A stretch of DNA of 64,000 nt from Eledone cirrhosa (lineage: Eukaryota). The stretch spans positions 68,758,001-68,822,000 of the forward strand of contig OZ024742.1 in assembly GCA_964016885.1 (NCBI GenBank), read 5' to 3'. Every line of letters begins with the position of its first letter. The stretch's first letter is position 1. Below, piece after piece: positions 1 through 12,945 of this stretch. A program made the position numbers and the translations under genes. Below the pieces are notes generated by a model that saw only the letters and a program-made list of their open reading frames with translations, did no database searches and was not told where the DNA came from.

Positions 1-1556
1 TTTGGGGGAGAGGAAAGACAATTAAATCAACCCCAGTACATTATTTTAATGACCCTTGTAAGGATGAAAGGCATAGCTAACCTTGGCAAGATTTGAACTC
101 AGAATGTAAAAGGCTGTAAGTAGGCTGCATAGCATGTTTAATGCCTTTTTTCAATGATTTCTGACAGAGTTATTTTTTGTTTTAATTTTGTTGCTTCTCT
201 TACTGGGCCTTCTCAACTTCCATTTCACCCTCATTATCACCAATTGATGGAGTGGTGTCTTTAGAAGTAATTTCAGTATCTTTCACCTCTCAGACTGAGT
301 GTGCTGAAGTTCTCTCTACTATCTCGGTATTAGGAGGCGGTACCTTGGCATCATCCACTGCAGGAGACAAGGGGGAAGAAGATTTTCCCATCACTCTTGG
401 AAATGGAATTGGTGCTATAATTGATCATGCTACAGGAACTTACTCATTACGTGGTCTTGTTTTCAGCACCTCAAGGCAGAAAGCCCTCAAGTAACTTTTG
501 GTGCCACAACTGGACTTTCTTCCCTGCACAGTCAGTCTTACTGCTTTTGACTGTGCTCATAACAGGACAAAATTTTGGAATGGCTTGGTTTCTACAGCTG
601 TATTTGGAAACTGTTTCTACAGCTGTATTTGGAAACTATTAAGCTCATATATTCTAAATCCAACTACAGAAACCTTGCCAAAATTTGGAATTTACAAGCA
701 TGACATGGTCTTCTGACTCATCTAAGAGGGCAGTAACTCTGAATAAAAATTTACTCAGAATGTGATGACCCTTCATATCCATACAGCATGGAAAGCTTGC
801 ATATAATGATGACAAATGATTTCTAATATTGACACAAGGCAACAAGTTTTGAAGGTAAGGCTGTGTGATGAAGTTCACTTCAAAATTACATGTTTTGGGG
901 TTCAATTTAACTACGTATTACCTTGCTATAGTGGAAGATAGTAGAGCCAGGTGATTGAAATTTGGTAGACAGAAACAGTGTTTAAGTCCTTGACTTAAAC
1001 ACTGTTCATGTTTTTGGGTGGTAGATTTAATCCATCATTACCTAGTCCTTCAGTATCTTTAGCAGAGTCTACTCTGCTGTAAGCATTTGAGCCAGATCTC
1101 TGGTCTGAGGATAACTTCCTCCTTTCATTACATCAGTTTCAGAGGACCTGGAAAGAGCTGTGTACACTTCCTTTACTCTTCTGTTGAAGCAACAAACTAC
1201 ACACACAAACACACATGTATATATATATATCTATATCTTATCGTCATCGTTTAACATCCATTTTCCACGCTAGCATGGGTTAGACGATTACAATGATGTC
1301 ATATTAGCTTAACACTTGATATAGTAAGGAAATAGTTTTAATGTTTCACACTTTAGTCCTCAATTGGAAGATAGATGGTGTGTGTATATATAAGGAAGAG
1401 ACTTGTCCTCCATTGGAAGATAGATGGTGTGTATATATATATATATATATAAGGAAGAGGGATATTCAATTTGTTGGTAATTCAACAAATATAAATGATT
1501 CAGAGCACTCGACAGCTTTTCTGGAGTATAATATTCAATGATATTAAATAAATGGA

Positions 1557-1604
<48 letters not shown>

Positions 1605-2268
1605 GAAAAGAGTCAGAACCCTGACAGCTGAGCTCAACAGTTTGGATCTAGCTGTCGTAACGGGCGGAGCTCAGCCGTCGGGGTCCTGACTCTTTTCATA
1701 TTACCCATGAGTACTCTAGTGTGTTATGGTCCACCTGGTATCTTACTACACCTTCTTTGTTATATATATATATATATCAATCAAATAGTTGAATCAATTT
1801 ATATATATATACATATAAATTGATTCAACTATTTGATTGATATTTTACAACCTCTGCTTAAATGAAAGACTAAGTTAACCTTTTTTAGCAGTGGAACCCA
1901 GAATGTGAGACCAGGTTCATTACATAGATCCTAACACCCAAGGGAAAATCTGTGCTAACAATAATGATACATAGTACATGTGACACAAGAAGAAAAGCTA
2001 TGGGCACAGAACCTAGATTACCTCATATAACTGATACTCTTGGGGGAGAGGATCAAAAGCCATAATATTTCTGAGATATAGTACAAGTTTTTATGCATGA
2101 GTTTGTCAGTCTGTATGCGTAAACATATATGTGTTCATATACCTGTATGTATGCATACGTGCCACACACATTTATGCTGTGTCAGCCTGTGTGAATACTA
2201 ATGTGTATCAGCCTGTATGTGTGGATGTGGGTATGTTACATATGTATGTGTGCATGTCTGTCAGTTTG

Positions 2269-2318
<50 letters not shown>

Positions 2319-3764
2319 CGTGTATATATGTGTGTGATATGCCACACCTCATCACTTCTAGTGTATAGTTACCTGAGTCAGAATTAGGTCACAGTTAGTA
2401 GAGGTGGAGGGACACAAATTCTGGTGGTGGTGGTGGTGGGGGATTAAGGAGAGTAAAGAGAAAAGGGGAGCTAAGTGACAGAAGAATCAAGGGCAGAAGG
2501 AGGGATAATTGTATGAGAAAGAGAGATGAGAGAAGAATGAGGGAGGAAGAAGAGCAACCAGTAAGGAATAGAGAAAGGAGAGAAATGTGTGAGAGAACAA
2601 GAGTGCAGAGGAAGAGAGAAGAGTGTGGCTTAGTGGAGAGAAAAAGAGTGAGGAAAGACGAATGGGTCAGGAGAGAGAGTGAATGTGAAACAGAAGACTT
2701 AATGGGGGAGTTGGGTTAGTCAGAGATAAGAGAAAGAGATATGTGAAAGAGAAATTAGGAAAGAGAATGAGAAAGTATTTCTTTGTCAAAAACCAATACC
2801 TTTGATTTCACTACACACACACACACACAGTTACTACCTACCCATACCAGCACCACATATATCACAAAATGCCATACCACAATCGCAGTTGATCAATAAA
2901 CACATCTCTTAGAGACGCACATGCATGCACAGAGACAAACAAGCATGCATTCACGCTCGCACAGGCTCAGAGAGAGAGAGAGAAAGAGAGAGAGAGAAAC
3001 ACTGGCTAGAAATATAATAAGAAAACAACAAAGAGAAAGGGGGAAAAGCAGACAAAGACACTATTGAATTATTCTGATTCTATACATCTGGATAGTGATT
3101 ATAGTATGATGATGCATATAGTGTATAGCATTGCCTATAGCTGCAGATAGCTGTGTGCAGTGGTACCTACAGTCATTGACACCTGTGTGAAGTTGTACCA
3201 ATAGTCACCAGTACCGGTAGTGGTATATATAGAAGTAACATTTGTTTATGCAGAATACAGACATGAACAAAAGCCAGTTGTTCAAAGAGAGATTTTAATG
3301 GGGAAATAGAGACAAAGGTAAGTGTATGATAGTAATGAAAGAAACAGTGACGGGCAGCTGCATGCTGGTTGTTGGTAAAGGTTTTGAATAGAAAGATGGC
3401 ATGATGGGAGAAGAGACAATGATAAGACAATGATAGAAGGGTAAGTATGAGAGATGTCAGTAATGAGTGAGAGAGGAAGAAGTTATGTGTGGGGAAATGG
3501 CTGGCAATAAAATTGGATGATGGTGAAAGAGAGAAAGGAATGGCCAGTAATAAAGTTGGGTGATGGTGAGATAGAGAAACCGCGAGCAATAATGATGAGT
3601 AGTGGTCGGAGGGAGTAAATACAAACAGAACCAATCCCGTCTCTCATTACACATAACGAGCAAATGATAGAGGGATAGGAAGTATGCACGGTGATAGACA
3701 AAAAGAGAAATGAAGAGAGGATGTACCCCAGAGATATACAACAAGTAAAAGGTACCCAAAGTAG

Positions 3765-5090
3765 ATCATCATCATCATCGTTTAACATCTATCTTCCACG
3801 CTAGCATGGGTTTAGACGGGTATTATCCCACTTGAGGCAAGATTGGTCGTCTCGCTCGTATAGGAATGTCTGGCAGGTTTTCTACGGCTGGATGCCCCTC
3901 TTAACAACAACCACATTTACAGTGTGGGCTGGGAGGTTTTTAATATGTTACCTACACGGCCACATTACAGCGTGGACTGTGTGTTTTTTTGTCGTGACAC
4001 CTACACGACCTCATTTATTTTGGACTGGATGTTGTGGTACCAACATAACTTTACAGAGAAAGGGGTGGTGTTGATGATGGGTAGGGTGGAGTTGAGGTAG
4101 TGGGATGGGGGTGTATATTTGATTAAGAGGTGCCTACTGACTGTAGGTTTTGCTTTGTACTTAGGCAAGGTGGGTCTTCTGTATTACTACGTAGTGCCAA
4201 AGATCTCGGTCCAGTGACATTGTCTTAGAGAGGTGTAAGATCGGAATTTATCAAATCGTCCCAGGTTTTTCTGGGTCTACCTACTGCATAACTTCCATCA
4301 ATTTTGATCGCCCTGCACTTTTTTATACAGCTGTCGTCTTTCATGCGCATCACGTGACCATACCAACGTACTCTTCTCTCGAGTAAACAGCATCTGATCC
4401 CTCTTATTCCTAATTTCTCACTTAGTTCATTTATGCTTTGCTGTTCACGTATATTACTATTACATATCCAACGGAGCATGCATACTTTGTTCCTCTCCAG
4501 TCTGCACAGATCCTCTGCACACACTGCCCATGTAACATTGCTGTTCGTATGCAGGCATCATACAGTCTGCCTTTCATTTTTAGAGAGAAACCTTTAGTGG
4601 CCAATTCTCAACTTTTTCCATTCCGTTCTGACTCTGGCTACTTTACTTTCAGAGCACCCTCCACCACTGCTGATTTTGTCACCCAGGTAACGGAAGGTGT
4701 CTACTATTTCTATAGAGCCATCTGGGCAATAGAAGGAGCTAGTATCCTGTGGGCACTTGCTACTTATTGCACCTGAGCACCGGCCACATAAAATCTACGT
4801 TCTTATATAGGTTACCTGTGATCCCACTACATCTTTTATGCACCCATATTTTGCATTTGGGACATAAAATGGAATTTCTGCCTACTCCTTTCCTACAAAC
4901 TGAGCATTGCCATTTCCCAGAAGGGACCTGTGCCCTATTTTCCTTCCTACATACTAGAACTTTAGTCTTAGACAAGTTAACTTTAAGGCCTTTTGATTCT
5001 AGGCCATGCTTCCATGTTTGGAATATCTTCTCTAGTTCAGCCATCGATTCAGCTATGAGCGTTAGATCATCTGCATATAGAAGTTCCCAT
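3765..5090 (-). mobile_element. 5'-truncated RTE-clade LINE, lineage A (long 3' UTR), frameshifted
   Basis: Minus-strand WELLYADDL RT motif at ~5060-5090. ORFs 4760-5044 (LKVNLSKTKV, Cys finger) and 4225-4524 (RWYGHVMR, GRPRKTW). 3' UTR ends in a (GAT)n tail at 3765. Near-identical to 34089-35843. Confidence 0.92.
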
Positions 5091-5656
5091 ATATATGCTA
5101 ACTGCTGCTTCTGTCTTTTAAGCTATATAATACAACTTAACTCTTTAGCATTTAAACCAGTCGTATCCGGCCAGAATTCACTCACCTCTTTCTGTTCAAA
5201 CCAGCTGTAACCAACCACTCATACTGACGTTAAGGTATTGTTCTCAAAATAAATAATATCAAAATCTCAGATTCGATATTATGTGAGATAAAGCCTTTAC
5301 CGTGAAAATACAATAGTATATATAGAGTAATGTAAATGCTAAAGGGTTGCAGTACCATAAAACACATAGTTTAAACCTAATAATTTATGGAATAACAATG
5401 AAAATTTATGTTGAGTGGCATAACCATACTGGGGGTGGAGGCTCTATATTAGTGCACTATTGCAGTGGGGTCTATGGCAACAATTATATTATCACATTAT
5501 CAAAAAGTATTAATTTGATTTCACTTACACCACATTTCTGAAATATACTATTAAATATCCTTCCATGCTTTTATTCTCTAAACTTTGTGATTTGTTATGA
5601 GGTCATTTCTGGTAAATATCAGGTTATTATTATAGAAACACTAGTTAAGAGATATG

Positions 5657-6046
5657 GAGACACATGGCTTAGTGGTTAGAGCATTGGCCTTGCAATTGAA
5701 AGGTTGTGAGTTCAATTCTCGGGACCGGGTGATGTGTTGTTTCCTTGAGCAAGACACTTTATTTCACATTGCTCCAGTTCACTCAGCTGTAGAAATGAGA
5801 TGATAGGGACTGGGGTCTCTATCATTCCACTGCAAAGTGGTCGTGGAGGTGCCACAGCAAAAAAAAGCACACAGCCCACACTGTAAAGTGGGCATGTAGG
5901 CGCCACAGAAAAAAAAAAGCACCCAGCATTCATTGTAAATGAGGTTGGTGTTAGGAAGGGCATCCAGCTGTAGAAATCAAGCCAGAATCAGTTCCCATCC
6001 CACCCTTGCAAGCAGGGTAAAGCAGACGTAAAATGAAATGATGATA
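5657..6046 (+). mobile_element. tRNA-derived SINE with RTE-derived 3' part (lineage-B tail)
   Basis: A-box-like tggcttagtgg and B-box-like gagttcaattc, core ccttgagcaagacactttatttcac, then RTE 3' UTR units and the tail cccacccttgcaagcaggg...gacgtaaaatga..gatgat. Confidence 0.8.
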
Positions 6047-6542
6047 GCTAGCTATGGGATTTGTTTAACAATTCTTTACTGAAGTAATCCAGCTTGGCAA
6101 TATTACCAAGGGTTATATGGCAGTAGTGGATTGGCAGAAACAGTAGAGTATCAAACAAAATGCCATGTTGTATTTAGTTACATCTCTATGTTCTATGTTC
6201 AAGCTCTGTTTGGATGACTTTCATTTTCATCCCTCCCACAACAAAATGTGTGGGTCATGTTGAAAAATCAATTTTAGTGAAAATTCTACAGTCAATTGTG
6301 GGTGTATTTGAACAGAGATTAATGAAACTTCTATCAAGGCTCAGTTGTTTGTAGTCATGCTTTGTTGCCAGTTTTGTTAAGCCACCGAATGTTTAGGGTA
6401 CACAAATTGTGGAAAATATTTTGATACAAAGCTATGTGAAACTGTCTCATTTTATACAAAATCTCCCCTTAAAATAAATCTTCATATATAGAATTGCACG
6501 CGTAATCTGCTACATTTGTTATGATCATAAATCAAATAAGTG

Positions 6543-6675
6543 GCTTCTTCTTCATCACCCACTTATTCCTGAGAGGGTCAAAAGTGCAGAGTCCTCAAGC
6601 ACTCCTCCCTGCAGGTCCTGTCATACGCAACCATCTCCAACTGATCTGGCTGGATCCACAAGTGAGACCAGCCTA
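6543..6675 (-). mobile_element. 3' end fragment of an Expander-like RTE LINE
   Basis: Reverse complement matches the 3' end at 47455-47552 (atccagccagatca.ttggagatgg...ggaataagtgg..gaagaa). Confidence 0.65.
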
Positions 6676-6914
6676 CTTCCATTTTTCTGATTACTGAATC
6701 AGAAGGGAGGTAGCTGTAACTGAAAGAATATGATCACAAATATAAGCAGCAGAAATGGGAGTTCCCCTGAAGGGTCTGTGAAGTAACATTACACATAAGT
6801 GGCTGTAATTATTTTGTTTATTTCATTTATACTTTATTTTTTTTATCCTTTATCTGGGTTTGTTGATTGAGATGATTCAAATAACAACCACAAATAAACA
6901 CTTGAATAAATAAC

Positions 6915-7030
6915 TGTTTCTACTTTAGGCACAAGGCCAGCAATTACCCAGTGCATTACTGGTACTTTATTTTATCGACCCCTTAAGGATGAAAGGCAAA
7001 GTCAACCTTGGCGGGATTTGAACTCAGATC
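6915..7030 (-). mobile_element. SINE fragment (family of 17711-17900)
   Basis: Reverse complement of gagttcaaatcccgcc.aggtt.actttgcctttcatcctta.ggggtcgataaaataaagtaccag. Confidence 0.8.
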
Positions 7031-7194
7031 ATTTGAAACACTTGAATAAATAACGAGAGAGAGAGAGAGAGAGAAAGAAAGAGGGGAGGGAGAGAGAGAG
7101 AGACAGTAGTAATAATAAATACAAAGACCAAAATCCAGGAAGGACTCAATAAGGGTTGTATATACATATAATATATAAACCCGTAGAGCATCTA

Positions 7195-7625
7195 CTGTTA
7201 TGATCCAAAGACCAAGAGACTGCGTGCCCAGTGGCAACATTGTGATTCCCCAACACCAATTAGGTCAGACAAGCAGGTCCACTGGGAAGCTCATGATGAT
7301 CCCATTATTTGAGAGCAAGGGCATCATCTACATCTACTGGGTCTCCCATGGCCAGACAGTCAACAAAGGGTACTATGTAGAGGTTTTGAAACAGTTCAGA
7401 AAGAGATTTTGTTGCAAGAGACCAGAATTCTTCAAGTCTTGTCAGTGGTACCTGCACCAAGACAATGCTTCCTGCCGCCACAAATCCATCCTGGTGACCA
7501 ACTACTTGGCCGATATGGGGGTGAAGACTGTCCTTCACCCTCCCTACTGTCCAGACATAGTTCCATGTGACTTTTGGATGTTCCAGAAGCTGAAAGAGAA
7601 GCTCAGGGGTATCTGCTTTGAGAAT
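7195..7625 (+). pseudogene. mariner-family (DD34D-type) transposase fragment
   Basis: ORF 7200-7682 contains GQTVNKGYY, LHQDNA and HPPYCPDIVPCDFWMF..LKEKLRG (mariner YSPDLAP motif). Confidence 0.88.
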
Positions 7626-8615
7626 GGTAATATAACAAAAGCCTCTAATCCACCATGTAAGGAGCTCATGTTGGTGTCATGACAAAAGAGCACCTAGTCC
7701 CCCCTGCAATGTGGTCTTGCTGGTTACATGAAAAATAAGCATCCAGTTCACTCTGTAAGATGGTCATATTGGTGTCACAACAGGAGGCATCCATTCCACT
7801 CTGTAAAGTGGTTGTGTTGGTGGCATGACAGATGGCGCCTGGTTCACCCTGTAGCATGGTCGAGTTGGTGACATGACAAAGAGTGTCCACTCTGTTCTAT
7901 AAGGTGGGCATGTTGGTGACACAACAAAAGCACTCAGACCACCCTGTAGGGTGGTCATGTTGGTGAAATGACAAACACCCAGTCCACTCTGGAAAGTAGT
8001 TAGGTTGGTGACATGATAGAAGCACCCCGATCACCCTGTAAAATGATTGTGATATAACAGAAGCTCCCAGTTCAACCTATAAAGTGTTCGTGTTGCTGAA
8101 ATGTCACAAAGCACCTAGCTCACACAGTAAAATTGTAGTGTTGGTGTCACAACAAAATGCACCCAGTCTGCACTGTAAAGTGGTTGTGTTGGTGTCACAA
8201 CAAAAAGATCCAACTTCACACTAAAGTGGTTGTGTTAGTATCATGACAAAAAGTCCCCAATCCACACCATAAAGTGGTCGTGTTGGTGTCATGACAAAAA
8301 GCCCCCAATCTACACTGTAAAGTGGTCATGTTGGTGTCACGATAAAAAGCACCCAGTCCACACTGTAAAGCAGTTGTGATGGTGTCACAAAAGGCAGCCA
8401 GTTGACAATGTAAAGTGGCTATTTTCGTGCTACAATAAAAATCACCCAGTCTACACAGTAAATGTGGTAGGCATCCAGGTGTAGAAACTAAGCCAGAAAT
8501 AGTTCTATATGAGCAAGACACATTCATCTGATCTGACTTGTCCCACAACGGGTCAACTCATTTAACCCATTCTAATATGGAAAAATGGACATAAAACAGA
8601 TGATGATGACGATGA
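7625..8615 (+). repeat. ~48-bp tandem array (about 17-18 degenerate units) of an RTE 3'-UTR unit, ending in an RTE-A tail
   Basis: Unit cacccagtccacactgtaaagtggttgtgttggtgtcacaacaaaaag repeats over 7625-8460, followed by ggcatccag.tgtagaaa and a (GAT)n tail at 8600. Confidence 0.85.
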
Positions 8616-9304
8616 TAATATCTCTCTCTCTCTGTCTGTGTGTGTGCGCATGTATATTAATGAGCTATATTACTAACTATATTCAATGTGAACCCTAATC
8701 CCATTCCCTAAGTAATATTACACAAATAAAAATTAACTTAGAAAGGTAACAAAGTCAATATGAGAATTTCATGTGGTCACTATTTTAAATTATAACAACC
8801 AATATTGTGTTGCAATGTGCGTGCATGCGTGCGTGTTGGGGGGGGTGCATATTTCTTTATATGTTTTAAGTATTATAACTATTATAATCATCAATATTTG
8901 GAATACATTGCATTGTACATATGCATATATAATATAATAGGAAAGCATATACGATAGAATATATTTATTTTGGCACAACTCACTTCTAACCCAGAATATG
9001 ACTTATTCAATATAGCGAGGTCATGTATTTAATATCCAGATAATTCTTTCTTTTTTTTTTTAAGTTTTGTTTTTTTAATCAAATTAACAATTTTTGTTAA
9101 ATTAAAAAAAACAACAAAAAAAAACACTATTTTGTCTCCTGATATCTGATAATAAAATATAGGCTGACTATCTTCAGTAGTTTTAGAGGTTACCAGACTA
9201 GAAAAAAATACAATGCTCTATTTCCTATTTTAGAAATAATATATCTAGAATTCCATCATCCAATGTAAACCTTAAAAAAGAATGCAAACAAAAAACAAAC
9301 AATA

Positions 9305-9600
9305 TGGTAGCTCTCCGACAGGTTTGCAGTCAAGCCCCTAGCAGTGGAGACCTCTGGTATCCTTGGCCCTAGGTCTACCTCCCTACTCCCCACCATAGGC
9401 GCTAAGCTGGCTAGCTGCAGGTATGAGCCCCGAGAGTTGGAATAGCTCTCTCAGCATATCTCCCTCAACATCTCCGGGGGAAACGAATTCTCTTTTCTGT
9501 TCGCCGGGGCTGTGGGGTGGCCAGCGCATGGTGGGACCCCATTTGCTCATAATAGTGAGAAATGGGGGTGGGGAAACAGGGGCAATGCCAGTGTGAGTTT
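9305..9600 (+). repeat. GC-rich unclassified dispersed repeat (second copy inverted at 24540-24720)
   Basis: caccataggcgctaagctggctagctgc...ctctcagcatatctccc and ggccagcgc..gggaccc.atttgctcataat are shared with the reverse complement of 24540-24720. Confidence 0.7.
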
Positions 9601-10306
9601 GGTTCCTGTGTTTGGACCTGGTGTACATGTGTGTGTAATTTTACACTGTCAACCCTTTCCTGTCTCCTCAAAACCTCCTAGAACAATATGGTTTAGTTTG
9701 AGAGAAATTTAGCTGTTAGTTCGAGCAGGTCAACCATTGAGAGACATTGCTGGCTCAATTTCTTAGTGGTTGCTTATCACTAGGTTGGCCCTGATTGAAC
9801 AGACTCACAATCAAAAGCATTCCAGCCATGACCATCTATCTTATTTTCAAGAATAGTGTACCTCAATTGCATCATCAAATCAGTCCTTTATTAATATAGT
9901 GTGGTTTAGTTTGAGGGATATTTGGCTGTTGTTTCTAGCAGGTTAATGTCCATATAGGAGATTTCTCATTGGTATATTTTGGAAAGTAATAGTGGTGTGG
10001 ACTAATGATAGTAGTATAAAAATATCAAAAACAACAACATAACACAGACATAAATCTTTGAACACTAACACTAAAAATATTAATTTGAAAAATACATATC
10101 TATTATTGTAAATAACAATAACTAAACAAACAGCAAAAACAGTACTTACGAGTTATTTTTCTATTTTTCACATCTGAAAAGAAAGCAAACAGTATGAGAT
10201 AGAGAAAAGTAAACATTTTAAGATATTGTTTATGAAAAATAATATAACAGTAAAAATTGGCTCCTGTGTTTTGTTTGTGTTCATTTTTCAACTTTAAATA
10301 TATATA

Positions 10307-11710
10307 TCATCATCATCATTTTACATCCGCTTTTCCCTGCTTGCAAAGGTGGGATGGGTCCTATTCAGCACAACATCTCTCCACTTGTCACGGTCCTTCG
10401 TCATCTCCACCGTGAGCTTCAGCGATCTGAGGTCTGCTCTCACCACCTCCGCCCATGTTTTTCGTGGTCTTCCTCTACTACGTCTTCCTTCAACTGGCAT
10501 TTCTTGGCACTTCTTCACCCATCGGTCATCCTCCATGCACATCACATGTCCATACCATTGCAGTCTCCTCTCCCGCACACTACAATTTAGCCCTCTCACC
10601 CACAGTTTCTCAATACATCCATGCTCGGTCGTTCACGCACATTGCCATTGCACATCCAATGGAGCATGCTTGCCTCATTTCTCTCCAGCCGTCGCATATG
10701 CTCTGCAGTTGCTGCCCATGTCTCACTACCATGCAGCATCGCGCACCTCACACAGGCATCATACAACCGGCCTTTCGTATGCAGAAACCTTTCTTCTTCA
10801 GCAGAGGAAGCAGCTACCTAAACTTCTTCCAGCCCGTCCTTATTCTAGATACTATGGCCTCAGAACACACCCCTCCCATGCTAATCTGATCACCTAGGTA
10901 CCAGAAGCTATCAACCACTTCTATAGCACCCACCTGCATTTGAAAAATTTGTCTATCAATGCGACTTCTACTGTCTAATTTCCCTGTACATCTACTGCAT
11001 ACGTATTTCTCCCTACCTGTTAGTTTGCCTGCACTGTATTGTGTACATTTTATAGAATTTATGCCAGTTCCTTTTCTACAAATTGAACATGGCCATTTCC
11101 CTAACGGAATCAGAGTTTTGTCCTCTTTTCTACTCATCAACACTTTTCTCTTTGCTAGGTTCACTCTCAGTCCTCTTGATTCCAACTGCTGTTTCCATAG
11201 CCAGAATTTATTCTTTAGCTCCTCTACTCATTCTGCTATAAGAACCAGATCGTCAGCATAGAGAATTTCCCATGGACAGCCAGTCTTAAACTCCTCTGTT
11301 ATGGCTTGGAGGACTATAATGAACAAGAGCGGGCTGAGGACCGAACCCTGATGTACTCCTACTTGTATCTGGAATTCCTCACTAAACTCCATTCCTACCC
11401 TGACTTTACTGACAGCACCTTTGTACAAAGCTTGCACTGCCCGCACAATCCATTCCTCAACACCTAGTTTCCTTAGGAATCACCAGATGACAGATCGGGG
11501 TACTCTGTCAAAGGCCTTCTCTAGGTCAACAAAAGTTAAGTATAGTAGCTTATTCTTCTGTAAGAACCTGTCTTGTAGTTGTCTCACTAAGAAGAGGACA
11601 TCTGTTGTACTTTTCCCAGGCACAAAACTAAACTGCATCTCATCTAATTTGACTCTTTTCTCTAATTAGTTGTGCTAGCACTCTTTCTGTCACTTTCATA
11701 ATCTGATCCA
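10307..11710 (-). mobile_element. 5'-truncated RTE LINE, lineage B (short 3' UTR)
   Basis: ORFs 11228-11446 (GVHQGSVLSP, LYADDLVL), 10814-11185 and 10321-10599. (GAT)n tail at 10307; TA repeats on both sides. Confidence 0.93.
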
Positions 11711-11744
11711 TATATATATAATCTGATCCATATATATATATATA

Positions 11745-12095
11745 TCATCATCATCATCGTTTTATGTCTGTTCTTCCATGCTAGCATGGATTAGACGAGT
11801 TGTCCTGTTGTGGGCAGTGTCCAGTCGGCTGACCTTGTCTTGCTCATACGGGAACTGATTCAGGCTTGATTTCTACAGCTGGATGCCCTTCCGAAAACCA
11901 ACCTCATTTACAGTGAGTGCTGGGTGCTTTTTTCCGTGGCGTCTACACGTCCCCTTTACAGTGGGGGCTGGGGGCTTTTTTGCCGTGGCACCTCTACGAC
12001 CACTTTGCAGTGGGAGGGGGTGGAGGCATATTGTCTATATGATTCAGCTTTGGCTCGTACCCATGGGAAGTCGGGTCTTCTATATTACTGCATGA
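11745..12095 (-). mobile_element. RTE lineage-A 3' UTR fragment
   Basis: (GAT)n tail, catgctagcatgg and UTR units; matches 57717-58224. Confidence 0.85.
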
Positions 12096-12127
12096 CAGGT
12101 GTAATTGGGTAAGGTTGAAAAATTACA

Positions 12128-12206
12128 TGTACCGCCCGATCAGGATTGAACCCAAGACCAGGATTACCACTGTCTCTTGTACCTACCGCTAGACCACAGA
12201 GAGAAC
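12128..12206 (-). mobile_element. tRNA-like SINE head
   Basis: Minus strand has A-box tggtctagcggt and B-box gggttcaatcc; the cloverleaf is degenerate. Confidence 0.5.
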
Positions 12207-12208
12207 TA

Positions 12209-12245
<37 letters not shown>

Positions 12246-12255
12246 CATATATATG

Positions 12256-12935
12256 TCATCATTATTGTTTTACATCCATTCTTCCATGCAAGCATGGGTT
12301 AGACGAGTTGCCCTGTTGTGGGCAATGCCAGGTCAGGTGACCTTGTCTTGCTAATACAGAACTGATTTTGGTTTGATTTCTACAGCTGGACACCCTTTCT
12401 AACACCAACCTCATTTACAGTGAGTACTGGGTGCTTTTTTACCGTGGCACCTACACGACCACTTTACAGTGTGGACTAGGTACTTTTTTGTTGACACCTA
12501 CACGACCATTTTACAGCAGAATGGGAGGTGGGGCATACTGTTTATATGCTTCAGCTTTGGCTTGTACCCATGGGAAGTTGGGTCTTCTGTATTACTGCGT
12601 AACGCCAGAGGTCACAGTCCTGTGTCATTGCCTTTGAGAGGTGCAATTGAGCAAGGTCAGCTTTTATCACCTCGTCCCAGGTCTTCTTGTGTCTCCCCAC
12701 TCCAAGGTTTCCAACGACATTTAGTGCTCTGCACCTTTTTATGCAGTTGTCATCCTTCATACACATCACATGTCGATACAACGTAATCTCCTCTCCTGCA
12801 CACAGCATTTGATTCCTCTTATGCTTAGTCCCTCTCTCAATTTGTTTATGCTTTGCTGTTCGCGTATATTACTATTGCACATCCATTGGAGCATGCAAGC
12901 TTCATTTTTTTCTAATCTACGCAAATCTTCTGCAC
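12256..12935 (-). mobile_element. 5'-truncated RTE lineage-A LINE
   Basis: ORFs 12766-12954 (EDLRRLEKNEACML) and 12551-12808, followed by the 3' UTR. Confidence 0.88.
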
Positions 12936-12945
12936 ATATATATAT

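Noticed and set aside
160-500. Minus-strand P/S/T-rich coding-like stretch ending LRRPSKR (Gypsy integrase tail-like)
   Set aside because: Interrupted by stops, with no catalytic motif visible.
1505-1530. Additional hammerhead scraps (also 52545-52580 and 63833-63845)
   Set aside because: Only one half of the core, or more than two core mismatches; not distinguishable from chance by eye.
3254-3317. Plus-strand segment with good acceptor (tttatgcag) and donor (AG|gtaagt)
   Set aside because: Stops in all three frames and no partner exon; may be chance.
2400-3790. ORFs in purine-rich tracts (also 32046-32424)
   Set aside because: Low-complexity GA-rich sequence with no domain motifs.
7625-8460. 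CRISPR-like periodic array
   Set aside because: Contiguous degenerate units without unique spacers, derived from a LINE UTR; eukaryotic context and no cas genes.
10349-10897. Long antisense ORFs over RTE copies (also 51116-51815, 4438-5210)
   Set aside because: Shadow frames of LINE coding sequence.
12128-12206. Functional tRNA gene
   Set aside because: A and B boxes are present but the acceptor and anticodon stems do not pair; treated as a SINE head.
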